From positions 287,171-351,170 of IMG/VR virus record IMGVR_UViG_3300028833_000001: a stretch of 64,000 nt of DNA; one strand, 5' to 3'. This DNA comes from a virus (lineage: Duplodnaviria > Heunggongvirae > Uroviricota > Caudoviricetes). Shown here in pieces: positions 59,995 to 64,000 of the stretch (position 1 is the first letter of the stretch; each line of letters opens with the position of its first letter). The translations under genes and the position numbers were made by a program. Under the pieces are notes generated by a model. It saw nothing but the letters and a program-made list of their open reading frames with translations. It searched no databases and had not been told where the DNA came from.

Positions 59995-60407
59995 ATACCA
60001 ATTAACAGTAGGCTTGAAAGCAGCCATCTGATAATGAGTTGCGAGAGGAAGTTTGCGTGGAAGTCATGACTCCGCAAAATAACAAGGCGCATGTGAGTAA
60101 CTTGGCAATAAGCATGTGAGAAACACCTCAGGAATAGCGAACGTGGAAATCCCCGATGCAAAGAAAGGAACACAGTTGAAATACTGTGCGAGGTTCCAGT
60201 AGCGTGACGGTGCATCGAAGCTATGTAGCTAAGTTTTATGTAAGCCCCAACAGTACGAGAGGAACCTGGGGTCAATGGGTGCCATGAATTTGGTTTCTAT
60301 GCCGTAAGTGAGTCGGTAAAGAACGCGAGAAGTATCAAGTGAAGACTCGCGCCCAAAAGCATAAAACAGTCCTTAGAGCATTTGGCGTGGCAGCACATAA
60401 TTGGTAT
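59995..60407 (+). ncRNA. 23S rRNA-mimic RNA: GTPase-associated centre (H42-44) + sarcin-ricin loop
   Basis: Closing helix ATACCAATTA/TAATTGGTAT, H43-like CAGTAGGCTTGAAAGCAGCCATCTG, H44-like GCGTGGCAGCACA, and SRL AGTACGAGAGGAACC at 60252-60266 in a GCCCCA/TGGGGT helix. Confidence 0.85.
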
Positions 60408-60410
60408 TAT

Positions 60411-60482
60411 GCGGGTATAGCACAACGGTTAGTGTGCCAGCTTGCCATGCTGGAAATGTCAGTTCGATTCTGATTACCCGCT
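60411..60482 (+). tRNA. trnG: tRNA-Gly(GCC)
   Basis: CCAGC-TTGCCAT-GCTGG. Confidence 0.93.
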
Positions 60483-60487
60483 CATAT

Positions 60488-60561
60488 GGCGGCATAGCGG
60501 AGTTGGTTTCATGCGCCGCTCTCATAAGGCGGAGACGGTGGTTCGAATCCACCTGCCGCCA
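60488..60561 (+). tRNA. trnM: tRNA-Met(CAT) elongator (or lysidine Ile2)
   Basis: CCGCT-CTCATAA-GGCGG with a paired G1-C72. Confidence 0.88.
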
Positions 60562-60562
60562 C

Positions 60563-60787
60563 AAGTCAAGAACAGACCACCGAGTAGTGTTCGGGGTAAA
60601 TTGAATGGGGATGTATACTTAACCAGTCAATGTAGTCTTGGGTGGTGTGACCCTCAGCCCGATGAAAAGTGTCAGTTATCGTGAGGTACTGTAGCGCAAC
60701 GCAACAGGAGGTAAAACCCTATGTGGTAACGCAATCCTCGTCTAGCCGAGGTTTCTCCAGTCCGTAGCTCGTAAATTTTCTTGACTT
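60563..60787 (+). ncRNA. unknown ~225-nt multibranch RNA
   Basis: Perfect 10-bp terminal helix AAGTCAAGAA/TTCTTGACTT enclosing several GC-rich hairpins. Confidence 0.6.
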
Positions 60788-60796
60788 ATTTTTTTT

Positions 60797-60915
60797 CGGG
60801 GAGTAGCTCAGTTGGTTAGAGCGCGTAATGTAGATTCTTGTAAAAGAATCAAACAGCAATGTTTACGAATGTCATTTGAAGACCGTGGTCGTGGGTTCGA
60901 GTCCCACCTCCCCAG
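60797..60915 (+). tRNA. Gln(TTG)-anticodon tRNA with 45-nt insert between positions 28/29
   Basis: CG[60826-60870]GTC-ATTTGAA-GACCG, canonical D and T arms, C1.A72 and G73. Confidence 0.7.
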
Positions 60916-60923
60916 CAAATTAT

Positions 60924-61078
60924 ATTTGGCTAATTTGAGGTTCAAGAAGGCCCCCGTAAGATGGACAATCGTGGGGGCAATGCTTGAGATGGATACTGTG
61001 AAGGGACAGCCATAAGTCATGAAGTACAGTTAGATGTGGGGTCTGGTGGAATGACAGACTGTGTAGGATTAACCAAAT
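60924..61078 (+). ncRNA. unknown ~155-nt multibranch RNA
   Basis: Closing helix ATTTGGCTAAT/ATTAACCAAAT, with GCCCCC/GGGGGC, TCAAG/CTTGA and GTCTG/CAGAC. Confidence 0.55.
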
Positions 61079-61082
61079 TTAT

Positions 61083-61153
61083 TGAGCCATCGTCTAACGG
61101 CAAGACACCAGATTTTGGTTCTGGGAATCGAGGTTCGAATCCTCGTGGCTCAA
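61083..61153 (+). tRNA. trnQ: tRNA-Gln(TTG)
   Basis: CCAGA-TTTTGGT-TCTGG with U1-A72. Confidence 0.93.
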
Positions 61154-61160
61154 CAAACAA

Positions 61161-61233
61161 CTTCCCATAGTTCAATGGATTAGAACGTGAGTCCACGAAA
61201 CTCAAGATTGGGGTTCGAGTCCCTGTGGGGAGA
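61161..61233 (+). tRNA. trnR: tRNA-Arg(ACG)
   Basis: TGAGT-CCACGAA-ACTCA (C33). Confidence 0.88.
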
Positions 61234-61271
61234 CTTAATACATATATCGAAATAGTTTCAATCCAGAATAT

Positions 61272-61346
61272 GCGTCTGTAGCTCAGTTTGGTTAGAGCAC
61301 TACACTGATAATGTAGGGGTCGCTGGTTCAAGTCCAGCCAGACGCA
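61272..61346 (+). tRNA. trnI: tRNA-Ile(GAT)
   Basis: CTACA-CTGATAA-TGTAG. Confidence 0.95.
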
Positions 61347-61379
61347 CTTGAGTTGATGCTAACATGGCACAACTATTAT

Positions 61380-61455
61380 GCGGGTGTAGCTCAGTTGGTT
61401 CAGTAGCGCTTGCCTTACAAGCAAGAGGTCGTAGGTTCGACTCCTACCATCCGCA
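61380..61455 (+). tRNA. trnV: tRNA-Val(TAC)
   Basis: CTTGC-CTTACAA-GCAAG. Confidence 0.93.
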
Positions 61456-61465
61456 CATTTATTAT

Positions 61466-61540
61466 GCTCCAGTAGCTCAATGGATGAGCGGCACCCTTCT
61501 AAGGTGCGGGTTGTAGGTTCGAGTCCTACCTGGAGTACCA
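61466..61540 (+). tRNA. trnR: tRNA-Arg(TCT)
   Basis: GCACC-CTTCTAA-GGTGC with encoded CCA. Confidence 0.95.
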
Positions 61541-61615
61541 TATATAGATAGGGCCGAATTGGTGATGGAATGCCAAAGTTAAATAAGCTTTGGTAAGTAA
61601 AGAAATGTTATCATT

Positions 61616-61861
61616 ATGAGTGAATTTGGAGAATTTAAAAGAAATAATTATTTGGTCAATCATCCGTATGGTAATCCATATGAGAATAAAGCATTTGTGC
61701 TTACTGCGGAGCAACAAAAAGAGCTTGAACGCAAAGTGGATTTAGAATGGACATTGTATTATTTGAAGAAAGCAATTAGATTGTTTGGTGATATTAAAAT
61801 CAGTGATGCAATTGCCAAAACAAAACACGAACTTGAGCCTAAAATCAATTTTAAGCATTAA
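61616..61861 (+). CDS. hypothetical protein
   Basis: 81-aa ORF after the array. Confidence 0.6.
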   Translation: MSEFGEFKRNNYLVNHPYGNPYENKAFVLTAEQQKELERKVDLEWTLYYLKKAIRLFGDIKISDAIAKTKHELEPKINFKH

Positions 61862-61877
61862 AAATGCATGTTTTAAA

Positions 61878-63542
61878 TTAAAAACCGCAATATGAAATTG
61901 TTTGAGATTGCATTTCAGCCCATATTGATGATGACCCGCTTAATTTAAGGTCGGTATTGTAGGCATGCGTCTTCCAGCATGGTTCGCATAGAATATATGA
62001 TATATCAGCGTTTAATTCAATTTGAAGTGAATAATTATGAGTACTTGACGTTCCAGTTGCAGTTAAAGACGCATCTGTAAGTGTTTGGTTTGTATATGCC
62101 ACGCCAGAAGAAGTTGATATTGTTGTAGTTGTATCAGTATAATATGGGGCGACATATGTTAATTCAAATGTTTCAGAGACTATTGAAGTGTTTGTTGTGT
62201 TGTCAAATAAGGTGTATATGGCGCTACCGCTAAGAACTGTTATTGAGTGAAATTTTGAATATGTAATACCACTTAAATAACAATTAATTATTGGTGACGC
62301 AATCATAATGGTTGTAGCGTTTGGGGCTGAAAATGTTGCAACATTTCCAGTAAGTGACATATTTCCTGAATATACACGCGCATTTGAAAACCATTCAGAA
62401 CTATTTTGGTCGAATGACCCAGCTAGGTTTGAAAAATCTTCAATTGAAGTATAGTTATTATAATCAGTCGATGGAGTGTATGTTTTAATACTTGTAACTT
62501 CACCGCTCCAGTAAGATGTAGTGATATACCCAGTAATTGGTGGGTTTTCAGGAAAATCATCTCCAGGGTTATAAGGATTAGTTCTTAAATAATCTTCAAT
62601 TCTAAGTGTAAGTATATCTTGATTTGTGGCTATTGTACTGTAAACAAAAGGTTGGTTACTCAATTCAGGCGGTTGCTGCACTCTTGAATAATTTTTATAG
62701 TTACCAAGACTTTGTGCTATATTTGGTATTATATCAGGAAACGTTTCTTCAAGTCTTAAATTTGATGCAACCTCTCCGTCTCCGCTTAAAATATGATTAA
62801 AGCTATTATATAGCGCAAAGATATTACTACTAGTTTGCGTTGCTTCGTATAGTCTTGTGGTTTTTATTGATGGTTTAAACCCATTACGTGATGCTTTAAA
62901 ATAAGATATAGTACCAGGTATCCCGCTTACATATGTGTTGTTTCCAGTATTACCTGTTACTACGATATTACCATCATGCCCAGAATATACATAATTTACA
63001 TTAGAAATTGAACAATTATTGGTGTCTATAAAGTTATGCGTTGTACTGATTGGGAATTGTCTGACATTAACTGAACCAATTTTAGGGTATGATGGCGAAA
63101 AAGTTTTAATACCAGTTTCAACACCGTCATATATTTCAGAATATATTGTCCAATAGAATGGGTTATCGTCACCGTGAATTTCGTCAGCCACATAATCAAA
63201 GTATCCGTTTTCCCTTGTAGAAAGCGTGAAAGGTATGAACGTATTCCCTGTCATGGTATATCGTTTGTCTCTTTGATATTTGTCTATTTCTCTAGAGTCC
63301 AACCAAGGAGGAAGATATAATGTATTCGTAATAACAACACCAGAATTCCAAATTGACACGTCGCGTCCGCTGTTTCTTTCTAACAGACTTCTGCATTGTG
63401 TAACATTTCCTCCGCTCACAATAAAAAATGGGTTTGTTTGTCTGTCAGTTATGATAATAGAGTTTTCTATTGGCGTTCTTCCGTCAGCATGATAAACAGA
63501 AAAATTAAATTCAAATTTCCAAAATAATTTATTTACAGCCAT
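61878..63542 (-). CDS. hypothetical Ser/Thr-rich, probable virion protein
   Basis: 554 aa, preceded by CTATTTAT (63561-63568, - strand). Confidence 0.7.
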   Translation of the reverse strand: MAVNKLFWKFEFNFSVYHADGRTPIENSIIITDRQTNPFFIVSGGNVTQCRSLLERNSGRDVSIWNSGVVITNTLYLPPWLDSREIDKYQRDKRYTMTGNTFIPFTLSTRENGYFDYVADEIHGDDNPFYWTIYSEIYDGVETGIKTFSPSYPKIGSVNVRQFPISTTHNFIDTNNCSISNVNYVYSGHDGNIVVTGNTGNNTYVSGIPGTISYFKASRNGFKPSIKTTRLYEATQTSSNIFALYNSFNHILSGDGEVASNLRLEETFPDIIPNIAQSLGNYKNYSRVQQPPELSNQPFVYSTIATNQDILTLRIEDYLRTNPYNPGDDFPENPPITGYITTSYWSGEVTSIKTYTPSTDYNNYTSIEDFSNLAGSFDQNSSEWFSNARVYSGNMSLTGNVATFSAPNATTIMIASPIINCYLSGITYSKFHSITVLSGSAIYTLFDNTTNTSIVSETFELTYVAPYYTDTTTTISTSSGVAYTNQTLTDASLTATGTSSTHNYSLQIELNADISYILCEPCWKTHAYNTDLKLSGSSSIWAEMQSQTISYCGF

Positions 63543-63620
63543 TTAATTTTAATATTTTCTATAAATAGAAATTTGGTTTTATAATTTTTTTTTTGTTTTA
63601 TTACAATAAAAATGAAATAG

Positions 63621-64000
63621 ATGAAAAAACTAAGAAATTTTAAAGTTGAAAATGCGTGCTCAAATTGTTCTACCCGTTTGTCTTGTCAGTTAAAAGAAAG
63701 AATAGAGGGTGACAGCGAAAACCCAAGGTTGAATTGTGATTATTACGAAATGGATGACGATGCATTATCGTGTGATAATTGTAAGATAAAGGATAATTGT
63801 CCTGGTTATTTACCACAAGCGGCCACATGTACTGAATTTGTCCTCGACTATCACTATACCTGTTATGACTGTGAAAAACAAGATACATGTAAAAGCTTCA
63901 AGGAAGACGGTGATATTTGTGATAAATTTGTAGAAGCCAGATACTATCTAACCGACAAGGGGTGTTTTATGCTTGCGTGCGTAAATGTTCTAGGTGAATG
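63621..64000 (+). CDS. Cys-rich protein with three CxxC-x5-C...C repeats, 3'-partial
   Basis: MKKLRNF...CSNCSTRLSC...C / CDNCKIKDNC...C / CYDCEKQDTC...C. Open to the window edge. Confidence 0.65.
   Translation, partial: MKKLRNFKVENACSNCSTRLSCQLKERIEGDSENPRLNCDYYEMDDDALSCDNCKIKDNCPGYLPQAATCTEFVLDYHYTCYDCEKQDTCKSFKEDGDICDKFVEARYYLTDKGCFMLACVNVLGE

Noticed and set aside
59995-60407. RNase P RNA, tmRNA or a true rRNA gene
   Set aside because: It lacks the RNase P GAGGAAAGTCC...AACAGAA P4 signature (only a partial GAGGAAG) and has no tmRNA tRNA-like ends. It is far too short for 23S rRNA and not colinear with it.
52710-61540. tRNA-associated theta (HDV-like) ribozymes
   Set aside because: I could not fit the nested double-pseudoknot consensus directly 3' of any tRNA by eye. 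A motif search is needed to exclude them fully.
52670-61717. Short ORFs called across the tRNA array (e.g. 54617-54940, 55706-56095, 59814-60275, 60401-60684)
   Set aside because: They overlap clear tRNAs or structured RNAs and translate to typical antisense-tRNA peptides (GFEP, DSN).

Overview
This is an AT-rich segment of a very large (jumbo-type) tailed-phage genome, read in the standard genetic code. The host is probably Bacteroidota, judging by a Bacteroidota-like sigma70, promoter and boxA motifs, and a BspA/CotH virion protein. Layout: 1-31 kb is a + strand block of probable baseplate, tail and fibre genes, including a 2739-aa LamG/CotH-like/BspA-LRR protein. 31-40 kb is a - strand block with holin-like and small head-type genes, a sigma70 and SbcC. 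40-52 kb holds RuvC, a collagen fibre, primase, SbcD, ClpP and a fused DHFR-thymidylate synthase. 52.6-61.5 kb is a dense non-coding RNA island with 25 uninterrupted tRNAs (every amino acid except Cys), 4 tRNAs carrying unusual inserts, several tRNA-like RNAs, two HNH endonucleases and many unexplained structured RNAs. The most striking element is a ~410-nt RNA (59995-60407) that joins a covarying copy of the 23S rRNA GTPase-associated centre (H42-44) to an exact sarcin-ricin loop, i.e. an apparent mimic of the ribosome's factor-binding site. Also notable are an exon-less group I intron-like RNA (52866-53310), tRNA-like modules nested inside the anticodon loops of tRNA-fMet and tRNA-Arg, and a recurring ACAGCAA/anticodon-stem-loop module. 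All structures were folded by eye and no database searches were run, so novelty and function are inferences.
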